A stretch of DNA of 64,000 nucleotides, taken from contig OZ365112.1 of the NCBI GenBank assembly GCA_977030845.1, positions 17,236,001 to 17,300,000 of the forward strand, given 5' to 3'. Below the pieces are notes generated by a model. The model did no database searches. It worked only from the letters and a program-made list of their open reading frames with translations, and had not been told where the DNA came from. Position 1 is the stretch's first letter. Every line of letters begins with the position of its first letter. Positions 12,301 to 27,300 of the stretch are shown piece after piece. The position numbers were made by a program, and so were the translations under genes. The DNA comes from Fimbriosthenelais zetlandica. Taxonomy: Eukaryota.

Positions 12301-15300
12301 AATGTGGGGGTACACTATGTACTTTATACGTTCTAGCAAGTGTTTCCTTTTGATAAAAGAAATCCTGATAACTTGACAAGAACCATGGGATTCCAAATGC
12401 ATACATGTACAAGTAATTTGAGGAGAGGACCATTGCATCAATTTAATGCCCTTTAAGATTTGAGAACAGGAAAGTATAAAGAAAGAGAAGATGTGAGTCA
12501 GTGAGGAGGTGTGATCCTTCAGCTCGTGTTACGGTGAATCATCTGGGTGGAATGATGTATGGCCACCCAGGAACTCCACCACCATCTTCCACACCTGGGC
12601 CATCCACCAGAACGCCGCCGCCTTCAGTGAGGTAACGCAAAAACCGAGACAGGGTAAATGCCAGACATAAATCAGCGCCCATACTCATGATTGACTGGGA
12701 CACATTATATACATCATTCTCCATCAGTGAAATTCATTCACTGATGAGCCATGAATTACAAAATGTGTAAGATGATACAGATTGTTTTAAGCAAGCCAGG
12801 ATTTCCATTTGAACTGACATCAATGTTGGCCACTGCCGTTGACAATCCGCTGTTCATGGGCCATCACAATGAGAGGATCCTAGTGGTGCATATATTGCCC
12901 TCATTGATCAGGGTAATACAGGTTGGTATCTGGCCTAAAGCGGCGACCAGTAAATGATAGCCGGTCCACGACTCATCCCTAAAGGTGAACTAATCCCCGG
13001 ATCAGGTGAACACGGCTAGCATTGATTGGAAGAATAAAATGTCATCATCATGAATGAAAAATTCATGCCTCTTAATCTATCTCATTATTGGCTTCCAACA
13101 TGGACGACCAGCAGATGGCATACCATGCTGTGTCCAACACAAGGATTCATGTTCCAAGGAAAAAATGAAGGCAATCGATAAAAAAAACTGTGCTTCAACC
13201 TGTTGAAGAGACAGAGAGTGAAGTAAAATTAAATGCACATTTCTACCATAATATATAGTGAAATGTGATACATGTATTTGCCACCATGTTTTGACAGTAA
13301 TATCACGTTGCAATGAATGCAGTTTGCCGAGTTGTCTTTGTGCTCAGGATTTTATTTCTTCCACAAGATAGTCAGAGACGATATGCAAATACAGTAGAGA
13401 CAGGTAATTGCATCGCTCTCGTGTCTAAATAAGCGTGGAATCGCCAAGTATGTGGAAAACACGGGACTGGCTACAGGCTGAGGCACCTCCATCTGGCAAA
13501 AAAGCTTGCTTATCTGATAAGCTGAAATGAGATGTTGATGAAATATTTTTCTATACTGTTAGGGGGAAGAGAGTAGAGCAGCATCATGCAAGGCTTAGTG
13601 ACATTCGAATAATTCTGATGCCCACGGTTTGGCCAGGGGAGCGAAAAGGGAAATATAAATGACATATAAGAAAGGAGAAAAAATGGTCTGAGAATAGCTC
13701 AGGAAAAGGGAGGAATTAAGGAAATTATCCGTGAGCAAAATATTCATCTTGGTTATTAAGAAGTATTGACATAGCCTGGAGACAGTGTGGGTGTAGTTAC
13801 ATGGATCTTACATCTCCTTGCTGCGGATTGAGGGATGTGGGATTGGATTAGGCATCCCCCCAACCTGTCCTCCCCCACATACATGTATGTATCCAGAGCC
13901 AGTCTGAGATGCCGGGTCTTAGGCCGGCATCTATCTCTATCTCCTCACTCAGTCTAAGAGTATTAGATGGTTTCATGTCTGAGGTAAGCAGATGAGGTTA
14001 AATCAGGCTTTACATCCCCCGTAAACAATCCAAACAGGGCTCAAAATGGCATCACAGCACCCATCATTAGTCTCATATAATACAAGTTAAACCAACTGCT
14101 TTTACTCTCCAGAAGTTTCAAGTGGTTAAGAAGTGATTATTGAGTAGAAATAAGTCAATTTCAATTCGTTCCATCAGCGATAAAATCAAGTTTGTGCTGA
14201 ACTAAAATTGTATCCAGGTCTTATGTATTGAACAGACCAGAGCATTCTTGCAGTCACGTTCATGGCACTTGTGACGTTTTATAGACGCACCCTCCTTGGT
14301 CTGTCTCCTTGTACACAACTAGGAAGAAAGCACTAGGGAGACAAGTCTGGCCTTTGATAAACCAGTTGGTCAGTTGAACAGGGTATTCTGAACCCTGAAG
14401 CTGTTGTCATTCTCCAAACGAAAAAACAAAAATATTTCAATAAATTACAAATATGAGACCCTTGTCAATTCTTTGTGTTCACACTCAAAGTAATCCTATA
14501 TCCACAGGCGTGAAGCATCCCAGCAACATCCCCTCATCTTTCTAAACCAATACAATCTTGAGGAAATTCAATTTCTTAAAGATTACTTCCTGGTGAATTG
14601 TGTTACATGTTGATACAGGCTAATGCAAATGCCAAATTCTAAATTGAATTTGGCAATTCTTCAACCGGAGGACGGGACTGGTGTGATAGATAAGCATCCA
14701 CAAGGAATTCATGCAATTTTCCTTCGCAATTCTGACAGAACATCCAAGACATCGCGTTTGATTTTTAATGTCTAACGTCATTTGCCAAATGCGGCTCCAC
14801 CTTTTCCAGTACTGGGTAACAGCCTAGAGGCACAGATGTCTTCTTGTCAACAGATCACTCTTCGATCTTTGACGGATCTCAGAAGTCAGACTATGGAAAT
14901 AAGTCATACTAGTGAATATCCGTACTATTGACGGGAATTCTCTAGCGTATCAGTGAGCCCAAAACGCATTAATGGTAAATTTGTAAATGTCATCGCCATC
15001 TTTCAACATAAAACATTGTAATATTCTCATGTGACAGCACATGCCATAAAGAGTAAAGTACAAAGAGGAGGACGGAATCAAGAATTAATGCCTAATTCCT
15101 CCTTTATCCAAACAGTGCAGCACGCGAATTGTAATAGAAAACATCTATAATGTATTATCTATGGGGAATATACAGATATATTAACAGCGCGGGGACATGG
15201 CTGATGGGGAATATCAGGACTCTGCTGCATACTTCCCTCAGTAAGTGTACCGAGGCAAAGAAAACCCGCTGTTAAACATCATTTGACACTTCCACGGGTT

Positions 15301-18300
15301 AAAACGGTCTCGTAGAAGGCGAGTTTGAAACTTCACAAATGGTTTTGGCCGTGCAAATGCAGACTGGGACTGTGGACCCCTCAGCCAATTTAGCTGTGGC
15401 ATGTTTTGATTGAGGGACTTGTATCGCCCAGGGGGTTCAATGGATCCACTTAGCTACACGAGACACAACCTGCAGCATTTATGGTCAATGTAGAAGGACA
15501 GACACCCCTCCCAGTGGAGCCCTTTATACACTAGACTGCACAGGGGTGGGCAATTGGCTAAATAACCCTTGTGAATCCAAGGTAAAAGCACCTCTCCATC
15601 TTCAGCGGTGCCTCTGGCCATCCTTTATCGTGTAACGATTTTTCCACTCTGGGCGTGATCTGGGAATGTGGCTGGTCTGAGTGGTTTTCCGTGATCAGAA
15701 GTGCTGCTAAGATCAATTACATGTTAGGGAGCGGGAGGCAGGTTTGTGGGAGGTTCCTTCATGGCCCTCATTAACCTCACAAACCTAGGTCCCAACCCAT
15801 TTCTTCTTCCCCCATGGGCGAAACTTACAATTTTCTAAAAGTTTCCCTAAAACAAGGAAATTCCATCAAGGTCAGCGGCAGCATGAGTTGCTCTATTAAG
15901 TGCTAGAACAAGTAAATAACAAACAATTGATTTTCTACCAGTTCAGATGGCAGTAGGCCATCAGCAGGAGTTAAGTTATTCTGATTGCTTATCTGCCGAA
16001 GGCGTTTGTCAATTGACAAACATTCCAGAATTGGGTACAGGGTTGAGGGTCCCATGAGAGGTCTACTCTTCACAGTGCAAACTCCTCAGCCTATCTGAGT
16101 TGCATCCTCAATTGGTTATTGATGTTGGTCTGATTTTGTCAGCAAATACACAAAATAAGGCACGAGAGAGTGCATCAACACCTTTCGTGTTTGCCTTCTG
16201 AAATGCACCAGAAACCAAGGTTCAATGTGTTAATATTTGTTAACAAGGTTAGCGATCACTCAGCCAGTCCCCGATACACGTTCTTGGTGACGCAGAAGCA
16301 TCCTTCATTGGCGGCTTGTTTTCTTCGGGGGTCATTGATGAAATAATGGATGGTAGAAGGGTGAGTGGGGTTTTGTGTGTGGCAGAGGTGGCAGCGAGAG
16401 GAAGGGAATTTGGGCCACCTTTCACAGGGCGATCTACGGGAGCAGAGCAGACTGGTCAGGGTGCCCATACTCTGCTATAAATCCAGATTGGTCGACCTTC
16501 TCTATGTCTGTCCTCGTCCTACAGGTCAATGGTTTGTCCTCGTTCCCTTGCCTGACACCCTGCAAGGCCCCCTGGCGATGCTATCAGCAATGATGGATTG
16601 TTGGGGGGTTGGCGGTCCTTTCCTGTGACACAACTTGTTATCAAATGTAACACCCATAGGAGAGCCTGGAGGGGTTACTTTGCTAGTTACCCTGCTCCAC
16701 AAATATTCCACCCTCGATAATTTTAATGATAGCTCTATAATAAAATTGTCAGAGAATCTTATCATATAATGAGGATCGTTGAAACCAGAATTAGAGAACG
16801 TGATAAAATAGGTCAGTCCAGTTATAGCTGATCATCTTCCTTAGATAAGATCATGCACCTTCCTCAGACAGGACACTGGGAAATGTCCAGAGCTATTTTC
16901 GTCCATAAGAAAGAGGCCAAGGCCAGGCTCCTTGTTTCAATATCACTTGCAACACTGTAGATGGCAGTGTACCAATTCATTGATCTGCGATTCTAGTTGA
17001 ACTGTGAACTCAATTACTGACGAAAACGATCACATCACGATGCTTCATCACAAATACCCAGCTCAGAGGTGTGTTGAGAAAAATAGTGATTCAAGATATG
17101 CCGCTACTTACAACATAGAAGCTGATATAAAAGAGAAAATGGACTGAAAATGAAGCCTCTTAACCATAGAGGGTGAATTAACAACTAGGCACTCAATGTT
17201 CTCATCGATTGACATGAAATCAAGAACCGAACCATGGACTATTTGAAAGAACTATTTACTGATTTGCCTTTAAGGCAGCCTTACCATAGATTTCATAAAA
17301 GATAAAGGATATCAAAGCAGTATCAAGGGCGGTTCATGAGACAAACCTCTTACAAAAGAGAAGACTGATGCAATTGGCAATACCAAGGGGGTCTATTCAC
17401 TGTGTTTGATAAATGCCTCTGGTGGAATGGATCTGAGTGAATTGGCCAATACAAGGTAATCAATTCCTTTATCTAAAACTTTCATCTAAGGACAAACTAC
17501 TTTTAATCTCAAAGATTGAGGATAAAATTGATCACTTATCCGTTGGTCAAGTATCCCAAGAGGAAAAAGTATCCATGGCATTTAATCAGTGCCTCATTTT
17601 TTAATCAAAGATGTTGGGAGATCAGTTGATTTATCGATCAATTATTTTTAGCCCAGAATTGTTAAAAAAAAAAATGAAGAATTATAATGAGCTTTCAATA
17701 TAATACCATTCAAGGGACATGATAAATCCCCGGGTACTTGTCTGGCTGTCGAGATTCAGCCTATTCATTTCTGAACAAAGAAGAATGTCGTCTTCCAAAG
17801 CAAACTATTCAAAGTCAAAATAGATGTATGGTCCCAAGTCCCTAAAAATCACATTCCCAATAGTCTCTCTGATGGTATTAAACCCGAAAGTTTAATTTAA
17901 GGAGGGAAAGGGAATGTGCCAGGAAGCTGGAGGCAAGCGTGGCACCAGGGATTCAGGACAATACCAGGAGCTATAATAGAGTTTAATGAAGCTTGCTCCA
18001 GCTTCCCATGATCAAACCATGCCAGCTGGAGGTGGTCAATAGCAGACTTCACAAACCATTGTAATAGTCTAATTAAGTTTACCGGCAAAAATGGCCGCCC
18101 ATTGGGAGGCAGGAAATGACAACAATAATAAAACTGAATGGAGAATGGGAAGGAAAAAGAATCATGCACAGACTTGGAGCAATGCGAAGCAATGGTCGCC
18201 AGTGGGAAGTGCTGGAGTTGTTGATGGACCCAGTTGGTCTTAAAGTTAATAGATAGGACGATGAAAATATATTGGTCAACACGTCTTCAAGAAACCGGAT

Positions 18301-21300
18301 TGACTATTAAAAATGCCCTTATGAGCAGCAATTAAGGAGGAGAAGCTCGATGGAAGAGCAAATACACAACATACAGACATGAGGGCTGAGGTTGACTCTC
18401 CTCAAATGAATGAGAAAGTCACCTGTTAACATTCTGGGAGCCGCCTGGCCGTGGTACAGGTGCTGGAAGTTGTAAAACATTCATAGAACACTAACATTAC
18501 CATTGTCACTGGAAATCTGTGGAAGGACCAACAAAAGGTCAGCAACGTTGACCCAGAAATTCTGAGAAGTAACTGCCAGAATAGGCATGGATTGTTATGA
18601 ATTAGGGGGAATATATGGGCCCCAAACAGGAAGCAGGGGACGAATTAATATCTGAAATTCAGATTGATAAGCAACCATGGTCCGTAGGATTGCATCTGGA
18701 TTGCAGTTCACATGCTTTTGTTAGTTATGTTAACATAAGGAGAAATTCCTTGATAGCATACAAGTTTTTAGAGTCATTGAGTTTTGAAGTACAGGGAGAA
18801 ACACTGGAGCACGTTGCAATGTTGGGGGCCTTTGGCTGATTGATTGGTGTTGCTTCATGATCCTAAACATGACAGATCCAAGGGTTCAGTGCTTCTGGCT
18901 TGACTGGCGACAAGTGACGGGGTACACTGTTAGCTACAACTTGAAATACAGTAGCTGACATGGGAATACGCCACAGATTACTCAGAGTTGTCCTTGGACT
19001 CTTTAGTGGCTTACCACAGCAGTAGAATTCGTATTTAAGATTACAGCAGAGAATGGCAGGTAATTCGGTGCCAGGTTCGCAGGGGGCCAGTTTTCTCATC
19101 GTGAGGTCTATGTCTAGACAGTACGTCTACCACTTACTCCACCAGAACTTAATTTTCTTCAAAGTTGTGAAGAATCTCCGATAGTGAAGACGACAACTAG
19201 TGACTGCCAAACCAGATCAATTCTCAGAGAAACGTTCATGATGCAGGCCTGAGACATTAATTCAGTTTCAATTCAGGACAATCTGCCTTCATTAGCCAAC
19301 TGATCGTCTCCTGCTGACCCAGTATACGAGATGAGAATTTTTTTTTCAGCAGGAAATGCTTTTATGAAGAAAGCAGCCCAAATCTGACTGGGTGTTGTAG
19401 GGTTAATCCCTGAATACACTGAGGTTCAATTAATATCGAAACAACAGTTAAGCCAGCTATATATTGAAGATAAGGCAGACAGCTCTATAGACAGTTGGAA
19501 ATGAATTATGCATTGGTAATTTCCAACATGGGTAAAGCTTGCAACATATGATATAGAGAACTAAATATGCCAGCTGCAGGCACTTCTTTCTCTACTACTC
19601 CGAATTTCCCTCAGCAAATGCAGCCATCCATCGCCTGAAGGGAAGTCTATGTCCTTATGCATTCAGCTTTGTCACATCCAGGGGGGTTTCTATGAAGAAA
19701 TCCAACTAGTGACATATGTTAGGGGTGGGTACCTGACAGAAATGTTCAGGCTGGACCGTAAGGCATATTATATATTATAATCATTCATAAAGGCGCCAAA
19801 AAACATTTCACAGTTAAGTTATCCGAGAACTAGGTCCACTTGCTATCGAAAATTAACCATCAGCAGAATAAATGCATTTGATTGGTACGCCAAAACTTGC
19901 CATGGCAAAAATAAACACAATTATATAAATTACCCCAAGATATTGGCAGTACTCTGGCTAATTGTGAGAAATAATTTCACTACACGGGTTTTTCAATACA
20001 TTATAAGTTAAATGAACCCAAAAATTATCGATATCAATTAACTAACGTCAAGAAGAAAACGATAATTGGTCTGCATTATTCATTAGGTAGAGGCGATGGA
20101 AATACAGAAATGGCATTTCATGAGCTAGGCGCTCATAAAAACGTAGAAAGATAAGTGCTTCATTAATGGCTTAAATCGAGGGGAGCACACCTGATTATGT
20201 CATGAATGGATGTGATTTCCAGCCACACCTGACTGCTCGTTTCCTAATGAGCATAATTAGAATGCTGCTGGCTTCATCTATACAAGTAGCATTAATTATT
20301 CCCCTCCACATTTAGACAATAATTGTCGGGTTAAAGAGCGTAACTAACGTTTCCAGAGGAACGCCTGACTGCTCCATTTAACTTGGGTGCAAAAACAACC
20401 CATCTAAATCTCTATCAATAATGATTGGGGTTCATGTTCAAAAACTGACTATTATATCATTCGTTCAAACTTAGTTGGAGCAGTATTTTATACTTTATGT
20501 ACCCCCGAACAGGGACAATGATCCATCAATTATATTTTTTGATATTCTATCAAGTCTAGCATGGAAAATAAAAAGAATCGCATCCAGTTTGGTTGGTTAG
20601 GCATCCGAGTGCATGTGGACTTTTCTGCACAATGGTTGATATCATGTTGATGTTATTTAGGGACGGATCATATAAGTGCCAAGTTATGTACAGTTTATTG
20701 GTAGAGGACTGGTTTATAACATTTGTCATAGCGGCACAAAAGCCATAAAGCATGGAGGTAATCACAAATGACGCGACAATAACTATTGCCATAATGTGTT
20801 ATTGATTATTAAGGCGGTACTTATGTCCCTAGATCTGTCATAACAGCTCTAGCCAGCAGCAATTCACATCACGAGCCCTCCACCACACAATACACACACA
20901 TACCACTGACTCCCAAATAATTCCTGAGAAGGAATTCCTGTTTCAGTCATTGGTCTGTGAGAAAGAAGTTTTCCTACGGAGGCAAGTTAGAGCAGGATCA
21001 AGTAAGGATTCAAGTATAGTCAGGACCACTGCTCTTCCATTCAAAACCTACCCTTATTGTTTCCTCAAGAGGAAAGCTAGTAACAGAGTGAATTGTAGTT
21101 ATGATATTGTATTTATTCAAATATGCCACACGTTATTAGTTGAACTACTCACATCAGCTCCTTGTTGCTCGGTTAGGCAGCTAATTTATTCCAACACAAG
21201 CATTGACGGAGAAGGAGCAAATTATAGTTTCCATAGTGAAGGCAATTCGGGACTAAGCTTTAGATTTTGGATATTTCAGCTGTCATTCGCAAATCTAGTG

Positions 21301-24300
21301 TCTCATATAACGGCAGAAATAAGCATAAAGTCATTCCACGTCTACACAGAGGTAGATGATCAAGAATATGAGCACTCCTCATGATTATTGTCCTACAAAG
21401 TAAACACTGTATCCTCCCACCCAGTAAGAGGCAAAAAGCAATACTATGTTCTTCGGTTATCAGGTTTCAGAACCGATACTTGCTTCCTGTATCAGGAAAG
21501 TCGGAAGCAAAACCTTGATAGGTTATCGAGGACGAGGCAGGTTTATTGTGACCCATTAAGTATTTCCAAGTGGCCCATGATGGCTCCGATATGGACCACT
21601 CAGACTGGAGGAGTCCAACCCAGGGGAAAATTAGTAGGTTTTATCTATAACGTCCCCTGTTTTCCCAGCAGTCAAGGGCCAAAGTTGCCAGGAAGTATTG
21701 GATTTAGCTTTTAATACAAGCAGGAAAGTAGGTGTAAAACTACACCTTTATTGTAATTACTGGACATCGAATACCCATAAAATCTCAGGGTGATGCATGC
21801 TTAATAAGGAGCAAGGCTGTGAATGAGAGATTCTAGAGAGTGGGTTACAGTATATCATGAAGAAACAGAGGATGATACTGCTAATCCAATAAATACTCAT
21901 GAGCATAATCCTCGTCAAAAGGCCGAGCTAATACTGAGCTTATATGGCTGGTGGACTATCCACTTTCCTCACTGAGCCAACGCCTCTAATGGACACAAGT
22001 TCGCCTTACTCCACCAGGGATGGTTGCCTGCCACCTTATATAACCCACATACTGATACAGCCATACAATGAGGCGTCCAGTCAGTGCCCATTTCATCCCC
22101 CTTCAATCTCCGTGCATACGTCCATACAATATACAGTTATAAGTCAAGAACCGAAGCCATAAAGAATGTTACCACATTTCTGTTATACAATTATTAAGAA
22201 TCACGCGCGCGCTTCATTCTAACCTTTTCACGAACATTTCTCATTTATAAGTAGAGTAAAAGCAGAATAGTTCATCCCTGGGGGCACTTGATGGGTAGGA
22301 CAGTGGTTCCAAAAAGTAGCAAGACGCTGCCATGAAAAGAGGCTTTAGCCTTAACTCTAATCTTGAGGTGGAGTCCACCAGGCTCCCCACTGATCCTAAC
22401 AGACAGGTCACATTCACTCACAATAAGATGGTGGCATGATCTGAGCAATGCCAAGAGGATTCTTCATATCCACCATTTTGTGCATGGGAGTGATGTGAAG
22501 CTAAGAGAAAACCAGTCCTCACAGGGCTCACATGGACAGAAAAATGTGTAGAAAATTCAAAATGTTCTCCCTATATAGAGGTTGTCACCTGTTGTGGATG
22601 ATATCAACCTGCATATTGCTACCAGACAACTCTGAAGACCCTTAGGGGAAATACTTGTTGACAACCATACGTTATACGTCCACCTGATATAGTCTAGCCG
22701 AATCTAGAGGGAAACGTGGGACAAACCTGGTCTTAATTGACCAGGAAAAGTGTATGTTCTCAGCAGTAAGCCCTTTGTTAAAGAGCTGCAGCTTTGGGAG
22801 GGTAGTTGTTGGTGAATGGGAGGCCTGGCCTTGGGCGTGTGAATTAGGCCGTAATTACAATGCTTTGGTAGACCACAGAGACTGATTCTTGGCTACTGAA
22901 GTGAGAGATTGTGACTGGTAGGGAGTGGTGAAGACGTATGGGACTGGTATAGTCGTGGGAGGCATGGAGAAAGATAGAGAAAAATGTAGGAAGAGGCCTC
23001 TGACTCAGGCGACCCACTGGGGGAAATAGAAGAAAGAGAGAAAGATGCGGAAAATCGGAAACACAATAGGTAAAATCTGTTCCACAGCAGGTACAATCTG
23101 TCCTGGCTCTTAACAAAGGTAATTATAAAGCTGGGTAGACATATATTAGGTCCAGACATATATGGTAGAAATCAAAGTTTAACACTGTAAACTACATCCA
23201 ACTCCCTCCCTATCCTGTTTACTGAGGGTAAACATAGAAACATTATGACTGATGCTTCTTACTTCTATAAAAATGATAAATTTATTTTATTCTTCTATTT
23301 AAATAATTTATGCTGTGGTAGTGAAATTTGAAGCAGTGGTTTATTCATCTACCCAAAGAATGGTTACCATTCCGGTGGTTGTTGAAAATATTTTAACATC
23401 ATAAGGGGCATTTTAACACCATAAAGGTTTATAAAATTGGACCAATTGTGGTTTACTCCCATAAAAGTACTACTATTAAACAATTTAATCTCTGCATAAA
23501 TAATCCTATTTACACATTCCTCCCAAAGAGCTATGCTGCATCCCACCTGTTGCCCTGGGCAGTCAGCCAATACATACAATAGTCATCAAAATCCTGTACT
23601 GCGTCACTTAGATTTATCCTAAAAATACTGTATGCATCTGAATATATATTTGGTCTTAGATTTGGTCCTATGATCGTACCACTGCTGGTAGGGTTAGGAC
23701 AGTGAGTGTATATAGTGGTATTGGTGGGCCTCTTCCAGCTGAGGAATGTATGGTGAATGTTTATACTGACCTTCAGTGAGGGTATACTGATACCAATCCC
23801 CTGGTGTTCAAGCTTCCTGTCTTCTATTATCTGCCTGGTGCCTCTAATTTAAATATATTATCTCTAACCTCAGTGTTTTCCATTAAAAACCTCCTGAGTT
23901 AGCTTCACCTTTATACTCTAGTTTTGAGTTGTAGAGAGCAGCAGATCAGACAACTTTCAACCTCAGATTCAATCAATCTATCAAGAAACGACTTGAAGTG
24001 AACATATTATGACCCTACCGCTTATGTTTTCTCCATAAGCATCCTGGGCATTCAATTGGTCTCAGCAGGCAATAGACTATATTGGTTCAAGAACATTTCA
24101 AAAATGCCCTTTCATCTTTCATCTGGTTTCATAGACTCTTCATCTCGCCCAAAGTTCCGAGGATAAAAGCCCCCAGCTTTCTTCATTTTACCACACCTTG
24201 TTTTCCTTGTGTGCACATTTCCTCTGAAAGAATCTAATTGTCAACACCTGAATGGCCCGCCACACACCTGCCCCCCCGGGTGTGCACACGCACAATGCCC

Positions 24301-27300
24301 CTTTCCTCCCTGCTCCTACCTCCCTGCTCCTTCCTCTTCATTCAAATTTCCTCCAAATATTCCTGGTATAATTCAAGGACTACAGCTGTCTAGTGAACAT
24401 GATATATAAAAATATCAATATCAAAATCCAACAATTTTCAACAAACTAATGTTCACTTATATGTAAATTAAATCAAAGGGAACATTGTACTTTGGGTGAA
24501 ATCCAAAGTTATTCAAATAGGATAGGAAACCTGATATGAGATGGTTAATTAGGGGAGGGGGTGAACTATAGGAGGAATCCATGCATATGGACGAAAGTAG
24601 ACCCAACAGAAGAGCACAGAATGAGAAAATATTGATATAATACTTGACTCTCTGTCAACAACGCAGGCTACGATAACATAACTAATATGATTTGATTTCC
24701 GTTCTGTTCAATTTCCTGACGTAATTATGTGCAACAGTAGTTTCTGTTATCTGAGAAGTGATCCATATCGTAAATAGATCAAGTAAACCAGACAGGAAGA
24801 ACAACAGATCAGGTTGAGGTCTGAATAAGCGTAGCTCTGGGGGCTCCAAGCAGTCTCATGACTTCTAAGTGAAGATGGGCGAGGCAAACTGAGACTACAT
24901 TATTGCTTATTTTATTGAAAATACAAAAAAAACAAACACTCAACAGTTTCACCATCTAGGCCCTAACAATATCTGTCAGGGGGTAATGAAGCAAACTGTG
25001 ACCGAAGGCAATGTTCCCTCATTAAATTCTCCAATCAATGGAGCATGGTTTGGCCTCAGGACAAACTGACATTGGTAAGGTTCATTTAACAAAACACAAC
25101 ACAAAGCCTTTTTACATTGCATAGAATACATCCACCAAAAGCCTGGAAGTTGAGTGCCGTTAATTACAACAGTAGACAGCTTTATTTCAGATGGACATGT
25201 TGAATATACAGTATTCATGTATGTAAATCTTTGCTACCTAGATATATGATGCCCATAGGCCTGTGTCTATGCACCATAGTTCATGTCACCGAGTGTTCAG
25301 AGTATACTACTCTAGGTTGAGTATATAAGATAGGTTGACTGAGAGGTTGTCGTAGAGTATAGATTCATGGGACCAGTCACACTATCAGCATGTGACCTAA
25401 TGTGAGGGCCTTGGGCTTTCATTCAAGGCGACGCCAGGGCCCCCTACGAACAGCGCCGTGAACTATGGCGCGTTCTCCCAGCGGTAGGCTGTGGGGATCC
25501 CTTCATTCAGTAGATGTGAGCCTGATCAGACAGCAGGCAAGGTGGACAATCCTCACCCCTACATCTTTCATCCTTCATCCCTCACACCAGCTTATCTCAA
25601 GATAAGTACTTCAGTCTGTGGATTTACCAGAAGAAAAGGCAAGATATTTGGTGTTTTAACTTAAACAAGTTCATTCAATTCCGCTGAGTGACATGAGGGT
25701 TTAAACAGTATACTTTTGGCCGTGGATAGATTTACAGCTGATTGGAGCACCTCTGGTATGTGTGATGTGGCATAGCTCCTAGAGAGTGGCTCTCACAACC
25801 ACCCTTCACTCTGGACGAATATTTTAAACGTAATACTAATTAAAAAGGACGAGAAAAGTACTGAACGAAATAGTCACTTAAATGTTTCAGAAGATATAAA
25901 GGATACGTTGATATTACTCACAAGCAAACAGGTTGGTATAAATTCCCCCATTTTTGAGGGAACATGGGTGTATTCTTTATGAGGGAGATCTATCGTCTTT
26001 AGTGTATGAGAGGGTAATTTGGGAGTGATGGGGGAGAGGGGAATGTTTATGCTGTCACATATCACACCCTACCACTGAACCCCCCAGAGTGTAGACCCAT
26101 TAATATAGACTGTAGTTTAGGTTAGATGAAGGGTGGCCCGCTGGTGGGTGGTGTTAGTTTATAGAGTCTATAAACACCGAATGATTGCCTTGATCACATA
26201 ATAAGCATGCTAACGAAGCTCTCCCACGCCAGGCTTTAGTCTTATTTACACAGAACATGCTGTTATCATGGAAGGTTAAATCAATGCTGCACATGACAGC
26301 ACCTCCCTCCATCATGCCCTCAACTGATCAATACAAAGTTATACATATCCAGCAGCCCCTGCTTAGCTACATAGAAAAATGCATTATTTTGCTCCAAAAT
26401 CATTTTGTATTTTTATCCCTATTTTGTTAAGAGTTTTCCTTTAAAAAAGTGCAGATCATAAATCTTGAGATGGCAAAGGACTATTGCGCATTCAATAAAT
26501 TCTGTATTATATGGTACAGATTTCGTAAGGGTAACTCCCTTTTTTAATCTCGTTAATGTACCACGGTCTAGTGATATATAGGGGAGCATTTATCGAATGT
26601 ATCCGATATGAAGTTTTTCTTGCACGAGTAAGATAGCTATACCGTCATATGACCTTAGGTTGCATAGTGATAGGAAGTCTTCTATCATACTGCCTATAAG
26701 GCTTGTTTCCAGATGGGCCCAGGATTCACTCACCCCTTGCTTCAGATTAATGATTCAAAACTACAGTATAGACTACAATGGAGACACGGATTATCAAATA
26801 TCCATGTAACAATCCTACTTATCTCTATGGATTTATCTCCCATACAGTGGAACGTCTTCTTTAGGTCTACTTAAGTAAGACAAGGTTGACCCTCCAGTTT
26901 AAGACACATGCACGGGGGTCATCTCCAGGGTCACCATAGCAACCTATAACAAGGCAAAGCAGGGGAGTGACATGATATATATAATACAATGGTGGGGTGT
27001 ATATAGAGAGTGCCGTTATAGGGCCTTTGTGTATACTGATGTTCAAGGGGCGGTTTTAATACCGCTAGCTGATTGAAAGGAGAGATAGGAACGGTGCGTA
27101 TACGTGCATAGCAAGAAGGTCCATGCCATCATTATCAATCTTTTTACATTCACGGTAATTAGTATGGTTTCTTATAAGAATACATCATGTCTCATTGAAA
27201 AGTAAGAGAATATTTCCTCCCAAAAAATAATTGGGACTAGGAGCATGCAATGCTTTGGCAGTTTTTTGTCCCCACTTACAGAGACCTACTGACATGCTTG

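Noticed and set aside
12523-12631. Pro-rich + strand exon candidate (RVTVNHLGGMMYGHPGTPPPSSTPGP...)
   Set aside because: Weak acceptor, phase-incompatible with the nearest candidate exon at 13368, no homology recognised
15181-15275. TTAA-flanked short inverted repeat as a piggyBac MITE
   Set aside because: The inverted match is only about 9 bp including TTAA; expected by chance
17400-19700. Possible third YR-retrotransposon remnant on + (DASGG-like, IPG...LSR-like, RT-like words)
   Set aside because: Motifs too fragmentary and not in a convincing order or spacing
20950-21714. Two same-frame ORFs (144 + 108 aa) separated by one TGA, suggesting read-through or selenocysteine
   Set aside because: No recognisable domain or codon bias, no evident SECIS and a non-ATG start; probably antisense to decayed repeat
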